Shown: positions 9,241 through 18,907, numbered from the stretch's first letter. The stretch: DNA of 64,000 bases from Candidatus Parcubacteria bacterium (GCA_034666125.1 JAXDML010000010.1:150037-214036); one strand, 5' to 3'. The notes: generated by a model not told the origin, from the sequence alone. Translations and numbers: made by a program.

Positions 9241-10929
9241 ATGCTGTTCCGCAGGCGCCGTAAGAAATACAAGAACCACGAGCTCGCCCCCGACGAGATA
9301 TTCCTCGATTCGAGCAACCTTCCGGAATTCAACCAGGGCAGCCTTGAGGGGCGGCTCGAGAAGCCGATATCGCGCGGGAGCTACCTCGGCATCGCCGGCG
9401 TCATGGGGCTCATCCTGTTCGCGCTCGTCGCGCAGGCGGCAAACCTCGGAATCATGCAGGGAACGAAATACGCCCTGCAGAGCGAGCGGAACCGCCTGCG
9501 CCCGGAGGTCATCTTCGCGAAGCGCGGCGCGATCATGGACCGGAACGGCACGCATCTCGTGTCGAACAACGAGGAGCCGCAGGAAGGCGGAGGAATGCAG
9601 ATCCGTCGCACGTATGAGGCGCCCGGCTTCGCGCACCTCCTGGGTTACGTCTCGTACCCGAAGAAGGACTCTTCCGGGAATTATTACGACACCGACATAA
9701 CCGGGCTCGCCGGCGTTGAAGCCGCCTTCAACGATAGGCTCGCCGGAGAGAACGGCACGCTCCTCATCGAGGAGAACGCGAAGGGCGATCTGCAGTCCCA
9801 GGGGAGCGTGACGCCGGTCAAGAACGGCGATGCGGTCACGCTGTCGATAGACGCGCGCGCACAACGCGCGTTCTATGACGCTATCAAGGAACGCGCGGAC
9901 GCATCCGGCTTCCAGGGAGGCGCTGCGGTGCTCATGGACGTGGAGACCGGGGAAGTGCATGCGCTTGTGTCGTATCCCGAATACGATCCGAACATCCTCT
10001 CGAAGGGCACGCCTGCGGATGTCATCGAGGGATACGCGAACGACCACCGTCAGGTGTACCTCGACCGTGCCATATCCGGCCTGTATACTCCCGGCTCCAT
10101 CGTGAAGCCCGCTGAGGCGGCGGGTGCCATCTCGGACGGGGTTATTTTCCCGGAGAAGAGCATCTACTCCGCGGGTTCCATTTCCATACCGAACCCGTAT
10201 GACGCGTCGAAGCCCTCCATATTCAAGGACTGGAAGGCGCATGGGTGGGTGGACGCCCGCCGCGCCATCGCCGTCTCCTCCGACATCTATTTCTATGCGG
10301 TGGGCGGCGGGTACCAGGACCAGCGCGGGCTCGGCATCGAGCGGCTCGGCTACTGGTTCCGCGCGTTCGGGCTTACGAGCAAGACCGGCATCGAGCTTGG
10401 GAACGAGGCGGCGGGCATCATGCCGAGCCCCGCGTGGAAGGAGGAGAACTTCGGGGACCCGTGGCGGCTCGGTGACACGTACAACACGTCGATCGGCCAG
10501 TACGGCATGCAGATCACGATGATGGAGATCGCGCGCGCGTACGCCGCCATAGCCAACGGCGGCAGGCTCGTCCGTCCGACCCTGCGTTTCGGGCAGTCCA
10601 CTGCAAGCGAGAAGATCGAGATAAGCCCGTACGCGCTCCAGGTCGCGCGCGAAGGCATGCGCGACGGCGTGATCGGAGGGGGTACCTCGCAGGGGCTCGG
10701 AGACCTGTCATTCGCACGGCTCGCCGGAAAGACCGGCACCGCACAGCTGGGCGTCAACAACGAGTTCTATAACATGTGGGCCGTCGGCTTCTGGCCGTAC
10801 GAGCACCCGAAGTACGTGTACGTCGTGCTTATGGATCGGGGGCCGGCAGGCACCACCGTGGGCTCCATAGCGGCGACGCATAAGGCGCTTTCGGGACTCC
10901 ACGAGGCCGCGCCGGAGTATTTTGAATAA
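9241..10929 (+). CDS. mrdA: Penicillin-binding protein 2 (elongasome transpeptidase)
   Basis: N-terminal TM, SxxK (GSIVKP), SxN (SSD), KTG (KTGTA). Lies in the mreBCD-mrdA order. Confidence 0.85.
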   Translation: MLFRRRRKKYKNHELAPDEIFLDSSNLPEFNQGSLEGRLEKPISRGSYLGIAGVMGLILFALVAQAANLGIMQGTKYALQSERNRLRPEVIFAKRGAIMDRNGTHLVSNNEEPQEGGGMQIRRTYEAPGFAHLLGYVSYPKKDSSGNYYDTDITGLAGVEAAFNDRLAGENGTLLIEENAKGDLQSQGSVTPVKNGDAVTLSIDARAQRAFYDAIKERADASGFQGGAAVLMDVETGEVHALVSYPEYDPNILSKGTPADVIEGYANDHRQVYLDRAISGLYTPGSIVKPAEAAGAISDGVIFPEKSIYSAGSISIPNPYDASKPSIFKDWKAHGWVDARRAIAVSSDIYFYAVGGGYQDQRGLGIERLGYWFRAFGLTSKTGIELGNEAAGIMPSPAWKEENFGDPWRLGDTYNTSIGQYGMQITMMEIARAYAAIANGGRLVRPTLRFGQSTASEKIEISPYALQVAREGMRDGVIGGGTSQGLGDLSFARLAGKTGTAQLGVNNEFYNMWAVGFWPYEHPKYVYVVLMDRGPAGTTVGSIAATHKALSGLHEAAPEYFE

Positions 10930-11083
10930 TGATAAAAGACCCCAATTTCTAGACCGCACGGACTTGACTATTCCGCCTTAGATGCTATGCTATATGCGGT
11001 TCCTGCTTCGACAGGCCGTTCCTATCCGGTAGCTTGTTAGATCAAGCGCCGGGTCCCCAATCTAGAATGGAAGGAAAAGGGCA

Positions 11084-11845
11084 ATGCCCGTCAACCTCGA
11101 AAAAGCGACCGAGTCGCTGGGAATCTCGCTCAAGAAGAAGGGCGTCCTGACGTTGCCGACCGTCGATGTCGTCTTCGACTTCGACGTATCCGGCTCCTAT
11201 AAGGACGAGCACGAAGACGGCCTCACCGAGGCGCTGATGACGAGGGTTTTCCCCTGGGGGCTGCTGCTCGATCCGGACAAGAAGATGGAAGTCTTCACGT
11301 TCAGCGACGGCGCACGTCACGCCCACTATGTCGGCGACGTCACCGAGGCGACCTACCTCGGCTACGTCAAGCGCAACATCATCAATAAGGTGCCCGGCTG
11401 GTGCGGCTACACGGACTATGCGCATGTGCTTCGCCTCAATCTGCAGCAGCTCGGCTATGTGGGCGGCGGCAAGACGAGCGACGCTCCTCTGACGATGCCT
11501 GCACATATCGGGTGGTACAAGCCCGGTGAAAAGCCCGCAACGCTCGACTATCTGGCTTCCCGCAAATCGCTGATCATCTTCAACACCGACGGCGCCAACG
11601 ACGACGAGTCTGAAACCGAAGCGCTGTTCGAGGAAATGGAGCGGAAAGGCTACAGCGTCTACGTCATGTTCATCGGCGTTTCGAACCAGAACGAGAAGTT
11701 CACCTTCCTCAAGAAACTGGCCAAGCGGTTCGCGAACTGCGGCCTGACGATCATCAGGGATATGGACGCCTGGGTCAAGAAAACCGACGAAGAAATCGCC
11801 GACGAGCTCATCACGGAGGAGCTGATCGCGTGGTTCAACAATTGA
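11084..11845 (+). CDS. von Willebrand factor A (vWA) domain protein, TerY-like
   Basis: MIDAS DxSGS (DFDVSGSY) and the downstream vWA motif LIIFNTDGANDDE. The antisense ORF 11042..11989 is a shadow ORF. Confidence 0.6.
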   Translation: MPVNLEKATESLGISLKKKGVLTLPTVDVVFDFDVSGSYKDEHEDGLTEALMTRVFPWGLLLDPDKKMEVFTFSDGARHAHYVGDVTEATYLGYVKRNIINKVPGWCGYTDYAHVLRLNLQQLGYVGGGKTSDAPLTMPAHIGWYKPGEKPATLDYLASRKSLIIFNTDGANDDESETEALFEEMERKGYSVYVMFIGVSNQNEKFTFLKKLAKRFANCGLTIIRDMDAWVKKTDEEIADELITEELIAWFNN

Positions 11846-11970
11846 TCCTTCGCGCGCAAGCGCGGACTGGGGCCGGCGGAAACGCTGGCCCCCTCTTTTA
11901 TATACAGCCAAAGCCTGATTTGACGTCCCGATTTTTCCACGTAGAATAGGGTGAACTTCATAGGAACTAC

Positions 11971-12441
11971 ATGACCGAGCAAGAAACAATGGTGAGTCAG
12001 GAGAAGTTCGACGAGATGGTGAAAGAGCTCGAGAATCTCAAGACCGTGCGCCGGACCGAGATCGCTAAGAATCTCGAGTACGCCCGTTCCCTGGGCGATC
12101 TTTCTGAAAACGCCGAATACCAGGAGGCGCGCGAGCTTCAGGCCGCCACCGAGGAGCGCATCCGGAAGCTCGAGGAGCTCGTGAAGCGCGCCAAGATCGT
12201 CACCGACGGCAAGAAGCAGAAGGACATCGTCGGCTTCGGCTCGGTGGTCACCATCAAGAAGGAGGGAGGGGAAGCGCACCAATACACTATTGTCGGGAGC
12301 GAGGAGGCCGACATGCGCGACCACAAGCTCTCGCACGTCTCACCCCTCGGCGCCGCACTCATGGGCAAGAAGAAGGGAGAGGTGTTCACGTTCGAGACCC
12401 CGAACGGCAAGCAGACCTATACGATAGAGAAGGTGTCATAA
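11971..12441 (+). CDS. greA: Transcription elongation factor GreA
   Basis: Coiled-coil N-terminus with conserved acidic tip (ARSLGDLSENAEYQEA), and an FKBP-like C-terminus. Confidence 0.9.
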   Translation: MTEQETMVSQEKFDEMVKELENLKTVRRTEIAKNLEYARSLGDLSENAEYQEARELQAATEERIRKLEELVKRAKIVTDGKKQKDIVGFGSVVTIKKEGGEAHQYTIVGSEEADMRDHKLSHVSPLGAALMGKKKGEVFTFETPNGKQTYTIEKVS

Positions 12442-12463
12442 CTATAATAAGGACTGGGATGAC

Positions 12464-12492
12464 AAAACGCTGCAGGAATTCTGCAGCGTTTT
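12464..12492 (+). terminator. Rho-independent terminator after greA
   Basis: AAAACGCTGCAG-gaatt-CTGCAGCGTTTT perfect hairpin followed by a T-run. Confidence 0.7.
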
Positions 12493-12539
12493 GCCCTAAT
12501 CCACAGGGCGATTTCGATCCCCCTGTTAAAATAGGCTTT

Positions 12540-12935
12540 ATGACCAGGAAGAGAGAAAAGAAGCCGGAGCCTACGCTGCACGATATTCTTGCTGCTACCC
12601 AGGCACTCGATGATCGTTTGACCATAGAAATGCACGACGTCCTTAGTGCTATTCAAACGCTCGATAAGCGCCTGACCACAGAAATTGAAGGCGTGGTCGA
12701 GATTATGGGTACCAGGTTCCTCATAGTTGATAAGAAGCTCATAGCAATCCACGATCGAGTGGAGAATCTTAGTGAGCAGTTAAGTGAGGTAAAGAGACGC
12801 GTGGGAACTGTTGAACGCATTATGCTCGAAGTTCAGGATGAGCTGGATGACTCGCTTGCGATAAGGGATAAGGATGCCGAGACGGTTGTTGACCATGAGA
12901 GGCGCATTACTCGACTCGAAACGGCGACGCAATAG
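12540..12935 (+). CDS. Hypothetical coiled-coil protein with an internal tandem repeat
   Basis: Start taken at MTRKREKK. Two tandem ~18-aa repeats (LAATQALDDRLTIEM / LSAIQTLDKRLTTEI). No family assignment. Confidence 0.4.
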   Translation: MTRKREKKPEPTLHDILAATQALDDRLTIEMHDVLSAIQTLDKRLTTEIEGVVEIMGTRFLIVDKKLIAIHDRVENLSEQLSEVKRRVGTVERIMLEVQDELDDSLAIRDKDAETVVDHERRITRLETATQ

Positions 12936-12956
12936 GTATCGTGCTACGCTAGGAAT

Positions 12957-14861
12957 ATGTCGACGTTAGAGAATATCCGGCAGGAACGGATAGCGAAACT
13001 GCAGCGCCTCCGGGACAACGGCATGGACCCGTATCCGGCGCGGACCGAGCGGACTCACACGATTACGGACTTCCTTGAAGCGTACGGAGAGCTTGAAAAG
13101 GCTCAGACCAGCGTTACGATCGCGGGCCGCATCATGTCCATCCGCGACCAGGGCGGGGTACTGTTCGCCGACCTGATGGACGGAACGGGGAAGGCGCAGC
13201 TCGTCATCCAGGCCGACACCCTCGGCGAGGAGAAGCTTGAACTCTTCCGTTCATTGGTCGACGGCGGAGACATCATCGAGGCCGCCGGTACCGCGTACAC
13301 GACCAAGCGCGGCATGCAGTCGCTCTCGGTCAGCGGCTGGCGCATGCTCGCAAAGTCGCTGCAACCGGTGCCGGACCAGTGGTACGGCATCAAGGACGAG
13401 GATGAGCGATACCGGAAGCGGTACCTCGACATCCTGCTCTCGCCTGAGATCGCCGACCGCATCCGCCGCCGTTCGCTCTTCTGGAATACCATCCGCTCGT
13501 ACCTGCTTGAGCAGGATTTCGTCGAGGTCGAAACTCCGGCGCTCGAGACGACGACCGGCGGCGCGGATGCGCGCCCGTTCGTCACCCATCATCACGCGCT
13601 CGACATCGACGTGTACCTGCGTATCTCGGCAGGGGAGCTCTGGCAGAAGCGGCTTATGGTCGCGGGGCTGCCGAAGGTCTTCGAGATCGGGCGTATCTTC
13701 CGCAACGAAGGCATGTCCTTCGAGCATCTCCAGGACTACACCCAGCTCGAGTACTATCAGGCGTTCTCGGACTACGAGAAGGGCATGGAGATGATTACCG
13801 ACTTGTACCGCACGATCGCGGACAAGGTGTATGGGACGCGGATATTTACCATAAAGGACTTCACGGTCGACCTCGGCAAGGACTGGGTAATCTACGACTA
13901 CTGCACGCTTATACAGAAGGAGTTCGGCATCGACCCGCTCAAGAAGGATACGGCCGAGGTGGCGAAAGCGCTCACAAGCCGGGCTATACCGTTCGACGAG
14001 GAAGGGTTCAGCATCGAGCGTGGCGTGGACCTACTATGGAAGCAGTTGCGAAAGACCCTCACGGGTCCGGGCTTCCTGGTGCGCGTTCCCGCATACCTCG
14101 AGCCTCTTGCGAAGCGGAGCGCGGATGACGAGCGCGTCGTGGAGCGCTTCCAGGTGCTCATCGCCGGTTCAGAAATGGGGAAGGGATTCAGCGAACTGAA
14201 CGATCCGGTCGACCAGGCCGGACGATTCCAGCACCAGCAGGCGCTCCGGGATGGGGGAGACGAGGAGGCGCAGATGAACGATGCCTCGTACGTAGAAGCG
14301 CTCGAGTACGGCATGCCTCCAGCGTTCGGCTTCGGTCTCTCGGAACGCTTCTTCAGCTTCCTCGAAGGCGTGTCGGCGCGCGAAGCGCAGATATTCCCGC
14401 TTATGCGTCCAAAGACGGAAGATGCCAAGGAACCCAAGACCAAGGAACGGCAGGTCGCCGTCGCGGTCGTGCGTAAAGAAGGACTCGAGCCGTGGCAGGT
14501 GCTCAACACCGTCGCGCATCTCGCAGCCGAGCTCGGCATCCGCGAAGGCCGCACGCTTCTCACCCAGGATGCGCTCACGACCGCGGACGACGAGCGCATA
14601 CCGCTCAACATGCGCCACGCGATCATCCTTAAGGAGACCGGTGACGTAGCGGAACTGCGCAACCTCCTCCGGGGTGCGCAGGCCAATGGGCTCCAGGCCG
14701 GGGCGTTCACGCGCGAGATGATCGAGACGACGAACGATCGAAAGATCATCGAGACGACCGCGAAGATGACGTTCGACGAGGTTGATCTGCTCGGCGTGCT
14801 TGTGTTCGGTCCGGCTTCGGCGGTAGAGCCCATGACTGAAAGTTTCAATAGATACGCATAG
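12957..14861 (+). CDS. lysS: Lysyl-tRNA synthetase (class II) with a ~150-aa C-terminal PTH2/DUF2000-like extension
   Basis: OB-fold N-terminus; class II motifs (FRNEG, GxGxGxDR-like GFGLSERF). The core ends near IFPLMRPK. Beyond it are VAVAVVRKEGLEPWQVLNTVAHLAAELG and ...LLGVLVFGPAS, which resemble peptidyl-tRNA hydrolase 2-type motifs. Confidence 0.88.
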   Translation: MSTLENIRQERIAKLQRLRDNGMDPYPARTERTHTITDFLEAYGELEKAQTSVTIAGRIMSIRDQGGVLFADLMDGTGKAQLVIQADTLGEEKLELFRSLVDGGDIIEAAGTAYTTKRGMQSLSVSGWRMLAKSLQPVPDQWYGIKDEDERYRKRYLDILLSPEIADRIRRRSLFWNTIRSYLLEQDFVEVETPALETTTGGADARPFVTHHHALDIDVYLRISAGELWQKRLMVAGLPKVFEIGRIFRNEGMSFEHLQDYTQLEYYQAFSDYEKGMEMITDLYRTIADKVYGTRIFTIKDFTVDLGKDWVIYDYCTLIQKEFGIDPLKKDTAEVAKALTSRAIPFDEEGFSIERGVDLLWKQLRKTLTGPGFLVRVPAYLEPLAKRSADDERVVERFQVLIAGSEMGKGFSELNDPVDQAGRFQHQQALRDGGDEEAQMNDASYVEALEYGMPPAFGFGLSERFFSFLEGVSAREAQIFPLMRPKTEDAKEPKTKERQVAVAVVRKEGLEPWQVLNTVAHLAAELGIREGRTLLTQDALTTADDERIPLNMRHAIILKETGDVAELRNLLRGAQANGLQAGAFTREMIETTNDRKIIETTAKMTFDEVDLLGVLVFGPASAVEPMTESFNRYA

Positions 14862-14872
14862 GACATAGAAAA

Positions 14873-14905
14873 AAGCGGCCATAAAAGAGCCGCCGCCTTT
14901 CTCCA
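14873..14905 (+). terminator. Possible weak terminator after lysS
   Basis: GCGGC-cataaaaga-GCCGC followed by CCTTTCTCC. Confidence 0.35.
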
Positions 14906-15329
14906 TAAAGATAAGGCTACAGGTCCGTCCGAATCCGTCCATATAAATGAGTTAGAGCCCCCTTCCCGAACGGGGGCCCTTCCTCAAGGTGGATCGATCA
15001 CGTACAGCCGCGTTGTCCGAGGCGGCACGCCCTCGTCGCGGTTGCGGATTCATGCGGATCCCGATCTCCGAGACTCCGCAAAACAATTGCAGGTTCATCC
15101 GAATCGCCTTGACCCGGGGTATGGACTTTGTCTTCACCCGAATCCTGGCCAGAAATCCTGCCGTCTGGACTACCGTTTCCCTCGATCATAAATCCTCCCA
15201 GAGGTGTTGGGACGCCTTGGCCTGACGTCCGAAAGTACAACATTACCCGCGCGGCCAAAACGCAAGGCTTCATCCTAGACCCGAGACCGAAACCTGTCAA
15301 AAAGTTATCAACAGGGCCTTTTTATGATG

Positions 15330-15375
15330 GTGGGATGAAGTGGCATATACTTACCTACTAGTGGGAAAGAGTGGG
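15330..15375 (+). promoter_or_regulatory. Putative MraZ operator: four phased GTGG(G/C) direct repeats upstream of mraZ
   Basis: GTGGG at 15330, GTGGC at 15340, GTGGG at 15361 and 15371, giving 10/21/10-nt spacing. They end 36 nt before the mraZ ATG. Confidence 0.55.
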
Positions 15376-15410
15376 AAACCGCTCCAGACCACGAGACCTT
15401 CCTTTTTACT

Positions 15411-15842
15411 ATGTTTATCGGCGAATACAGGCACACCTTCGACGCGAAGAACCGTATTTCGCTGCCGTCCCGGTTCCGTAAGGAGCTTGGCGGGTCCGTT
15501 ATCGTGACGCGCGGCCTCGATAGATGCCTGTTCGTATACCCCAAGGCCGCGTGGAAGAAAGAAGCTGAGAAGCTCGCTGAGCACTCGACCGGCAATGCCG
15601 CTGGCCGAGGGCTTTCGCGTTTGATGCTCGCGGGCGCGTCCGAGGCGGACGTGGACTCCGCGGGCAGGATACTGGTGCCGGATTATCTGAAGTCGTTCGC
15701 CGGGCTTGCGGTGAAGACCGTCGTTGCCGGCGTTTCGGGACGGGTAGAGCTGTGGGACGAGCGCGCATGGGCGCAGTACACCAAGACGATCGAGAAGCAC
15801 GCTGACGAGTTCGCGGAGTCGCTTCAGCTCGGTAGCAAATAG
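15411..15842 (+). CDS. mraZ: Transcriptional regulator MraZ
   Basis: Two MraZ/SpoVT-AbrB repeats (DAKNRISLPSRFR.. and DSAGRILVPDYL..). Confidence 0.9.
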   Translation: MFIGEYRHTFDAKNRISLPSRFRKELGGSVIVTRGLDRCLFVYPKAAWKKEAEKLAEHSTGNAAGRGLSRLMLAGASEADVDSAGRILVPDYLKSFAGLAVKTVVAGVSGRVELWDERAWAQYTKTIEKHADEFAESLQLGSK

Positions 15843-15845
15843 CGT

Positions 15846-16826
15846 ATGCAAAGCCGCCACGACACCGTCCTGTTAAGCGAAGCTGTCGAAGGCCTTATGG
15901 TCCAGGCAAGGGACGTGGTCGTCGACGCGACCATCGGCGCGGCGGGACACTTCGCGCTGCTGCATGAAAAGCTCGGGTACGAGGGTATTTTGATAGGCAT
16001 TGATGCTGACCGGGATGCGGTGGATCGCGCCGAGAAAGTGGTAGAAGGGAAGAAGCAGGGCAAGAATGCGCCGAAGGTTCGCGTCATGCACGATAACTTC
16101 CGCAACCTCGACAAGATACTGGATGCCGTAGGCGCCGCGAAGGTCGACCGCGTGCTCTTCGACCTCGGCTGGAGCGGATACCACCTGGACAGCGGCCGCG
16201 GCTTCTCCTTCCAAACGTACGAGCCGCTCATCATGACGTACGGCACGCCTGCCGAGGGAGAGAGTGCGGCCGAGCTCGTGAACAGCGCGACCGAGGAGGA
16301 GCTGTCCGACATTTTGTATACGTACGGCGAAGAACGCTTCGCCCGCAAGATCGCGAAGTCGATAGTCCAGGCGCGGAAGAAGGCACCGATCTTGATGACC
16401 GATGACCTCGTGCGCGCGGTGGAGGACGGTACGCCCGACTGGTACAAGCATCGGAAGCTTCACCCGGCGACGAAGACCTTCCAGGCGCTCCGCATCGCGG
16501 TGAACGACGAGCTCGGCGCGCTTCGGGAAGGACTTGCAGCGGCGATCGACCGGCTCGGCACCAACGGACGCATCGCCGTCATCAGCTTCCATAGCATCGA
16601 GGACCGGATCGTGAAGCAGATGTTCCGGGACGCATCGCACGAAGGGAAGGGAACCTTGGTGACCCGGAAGCCACTCACCGCGTCCGCTGAAGAGACCGCG
16701 CGCAATCCCCGCGCACGGAGCGCCAAGCTCCGGATCTTCGCGGCAAATGTCGAAGGAGCGGCGCTTCTCTGCGTCGTACTGGCCGCGCTCCCGGTCGCAT
16801 TCGGCGTCATCAGCTACCGCCTATGA
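15846..16826 (+). CDS. rsmH: 16S rRNA (cytosine1402-N4)-methyltransferase RsmH (MraW)
   Basis: SAM-binding DATIGAAGH and DLGWSGYHLD motifs, with the typical C-terminal domain. Confidence 0.9.
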   Translation: MQSRHDTVLLSEAVEGLMVQARDVVVDATIGAAGHFALLHEKLGYEGILIGIDADRDAVDRAEKVVEGKKQGKNAPKVRVMHDNFRNLDKILDAVGAAKVDRVLFDLGWSGYHLDSGRGFSFQTYEPLIMTYGTPAEGESAAELVNSATEEELSDILYTYGEERFARKIAKSIVQARKKAPILMTDDLVRAVEDGTPDWYKHRKLHPATKTFQALRIAVNDELGALREGLAAAIDRLGTNGRIAVISFHSIEDRIVKQMFRDASHEGKGTLVTRKPLTASAEETARNPRARSAKLRIFAANVEGAALLCVVLAALPVAFGVISYRL

Positions 16827-17176
16827 ACGCATCCATGGCCATGAGAGCTCCCAGAAGGTCCGGAAACCGCGGTCAGGGCCTGGCCTTCGCCATGCCCGAC
16901 CGCACGAATTTCGTACTCGGCATCGCGGTCGCGGCGCTCGTCATCGTGTACGTAGGTCTCATGATCACGACCATCGTCTTCGCTTCATGGCAGACCCAGC
17001 TCGCCCGGGGTATCGACGACAGCCGGTCGCGCATCCAGGCCCTTGAGAGCGACTATTACGGCGCGATCGCGAAGCTCGACTCCACCGATCCGTACTCGGT
17101 CGGGCTCGTCGCGCCATCGAAAGTGGAATACGTAGTCGCCGCGCGGATGCCCGGCCTCACGTTCGCGGGCCGTTAA
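16823..17176 (+). CDS. ftsL: Cell division protein FtsL-like
   Basis: 117 aa with a single TM then a periplasmic coiled-coil, in the dcw position between rsmH and ftsI. Confidence 0.5.
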   Translation: MNASMAMRAPRRSGNRGQGLAFAMPDRTNFVLGIAVAALVIVYVGLMITTIVFASWQTQLARGIDDSRSRIQALESDYYGAIAKLDSTDPYSVGLVAPSKVEYVVAARMPGLTFAGR

Positions 17177-17179
17177 CGT

Positions 17180-18907
17180 ATGCGCAGAGCCTTTCGCGCG
17201 CGGCTCCGCATCGTCTGTTTCGGCGTCATCGTCGCCGCGTTCCTTCTCACCTCGCGGCTGTACTTCGTGCAGGTCGTGCAGGGCGAGGAATTCGCGCTTC
17301 GCGCCGAGCGGCAGTATGTGAGCTCTTCCCAAGAGCTTTTCGATCGCGGCAGCATCTTCTTCACGCGCAAGGACGGCACGCTTATTTCAGCCGCGAGCCT
17401 TACGAACGGCTTCCTGCTCGCCATCGACCCGGCTCGTATCGTCGACGAGGACAAGGCGTACGGGGCTATTTCCGGAATCCTGACCGATCTCGACCGCGAA
17501 GCGTTCCGGACATCGGCGTCGAAGCGGGACGACCCGTACGAAGTGATCCGCCGCAGGCTTTCGGACGAGCAAGGAAGGGCCATAGACGCGCTCGACATCC
17601 CGGGCGTCATCGTCGAGCGCGAGCGATGGCGGAACTATCCGGCAGGCAACCATGCGGCGCAGACCATCGGACTCATCGCGTACGACAACGACAACACCAT
17701 TGCCGGGCGCTTCGGCCTCGAGCGCTACTACAACGACGTGCTCACTCACGGCGGGCAGGGCGTTTTCGGAAACTTCTTCGCCGAGCTCTTCGCGAACCTC
17801 GACAGCGTGGTCGTGGACGCGCGCAGCGCCCGCGAGGGCGACGTCATCACGTCGATCGAGCCGGTCGCGCAGCAGAAGCTCGACGAGATACTGAGGGAGA
17901 CGAACGCACAGTACGGGAGCCGCGAAACGGGCGGCATCATCATGGACCCCAAGACCGGCGAGATCATCGCGATGGGCACGTACCCGTCCTTCGATCCGAA
18001 CGATTTCCAGAACGAGAACAGCGACAACTTCGGGAACCCGCTCGTGGAGAGCCGGTACGAGTTCGGGTCCATCGTGAAGGCGCTCACGGTGACGTCGGGA
18101 CTCGATTCGGGAGTCATCACGCCGGCGACGACGTATAACGACACGGGCTGCATGACCCTGAACACCCGGGAGATCTGCAACTACGACCTCAAGGCCCGCG
18201 GCGTCGTGCCCATGCAGGAGATTCTCTCGCAATCCCTGAACCTGGGCGCGACCTTCGTCGCGCTGCGCGTCGGCCACGAGCGCCAGCGGAAGTACTTCAC
18301 CGAGCTCGGCCTCGCCGAGGAGACGGGCATCGACCTGCCGAGCGAGATCAGGGGCGATATCCAGAACCTCGAGAGTCCCCGCGACGTGGAGCACGCGACC
18401 GCGTCCTTCGGACAGGGCATCGCTTCTACCCCGGTGGAGATGATCAGGGCCCTCGGCGCGCTCGCCAACGGCGGGGCGACCGTGACCCCGCATGTGGGGA
18501 AGGCGATACGTCTCGAGTCGGGAGTCACGCGGAAGCTCTCCTGGGGGAACCCGACGCGCGTATTCACGCCGGATGCCGTACGGGACGCCACCGGCATGCT
18601 CGTAGAGGTCGTCGATACGAAGCTTGGCGGGGGGACGGCGAAGATACCGAGCATGTCGGTGGCCGCGAAGACCGGTACCGCGCAGATGGCCGCGCCGGGA
18701 GGAGGTTATTACGAGAACCTCTACTTCCACTCCTTCTTCGGCTATTTCCCGGCGTATGAGCCGAAGTTCGTGATCCTCCTCTATACCCGCGAGCCGAACG
18801 GCGTGAAATATGCGTCCGAGACGCTCACGAAGCCCTTCACCGATCTTACGCACTTTCTGATCAATTATTACGAGATCCCGCCCGATAGGGCACAATACGC
18901 AGATTAG
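17180..18907 (+). CDS. ftsI: Peptidoglycan D,D-transpeptidase FtsI (PBP3-like)
   Basis: N-terminal TM; SxxK (GSIVKA), SxN (SLN), KTG (KTGTA). Confidence 0.85.
   Translation: MRRAFRARLRIVCFGVIVAAFLLTSRLYFVQVVQGEEFALRAERQYVSSSQELFDRGSIFFTRKDGTLISAASLTNGFLLAIDPARIVDEDKAYGAISGILTDLDREAFRTSASKRDDPYEVIRRRLSDEQGRAIDALDIPGVIVERERWRNYPAGNHAAQTIGLIAYDNDNTIAGRFGLERYYNDVLTHGGQGVFGNFFAELFANLDSVVVDARSAREGDVITSIEPVAQQKLDEILRETNAQYGSRETGGIIMDPKTGEIIAMGTYPSFDPNDFQNENSDNFGNPLVESRYEFGSIVKALTVTSGLDSGVITPATTYNDTGCMTLNTREICNYDLKARGVVPMQEILSQSLNLGATFVALRVGHERQRKYFTELGLAEETGIDLPSEIRGDIQNLESPRDVEHATASFGQGIASTPVEMIRALGALANGGATVTPHVGKAIRLESGVTRKLSWGNPTRVFTPDAVRDATGMLVEVVDTKLGGGTAKIPSMSVAAKTGTAQMAAPGGGYYENLYFHSFFGYFPAYEPKFVILLYTREPNGVKYASETLTKPFTDLTHFLINYYEIPPDRAQYAD

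Noticed and set aside
17387-18895. 502-aa minus-strand ORF antisense to ftsI; similar long antisense ORFs opposite mreB (7428..8174), metK, lysA, pyrF/pyrE and gltX
   Set aside because: Compositional artefacts (Arg/Gly/Pro/Ala-rich), each fully contained in a well-supported gene on the other strand.
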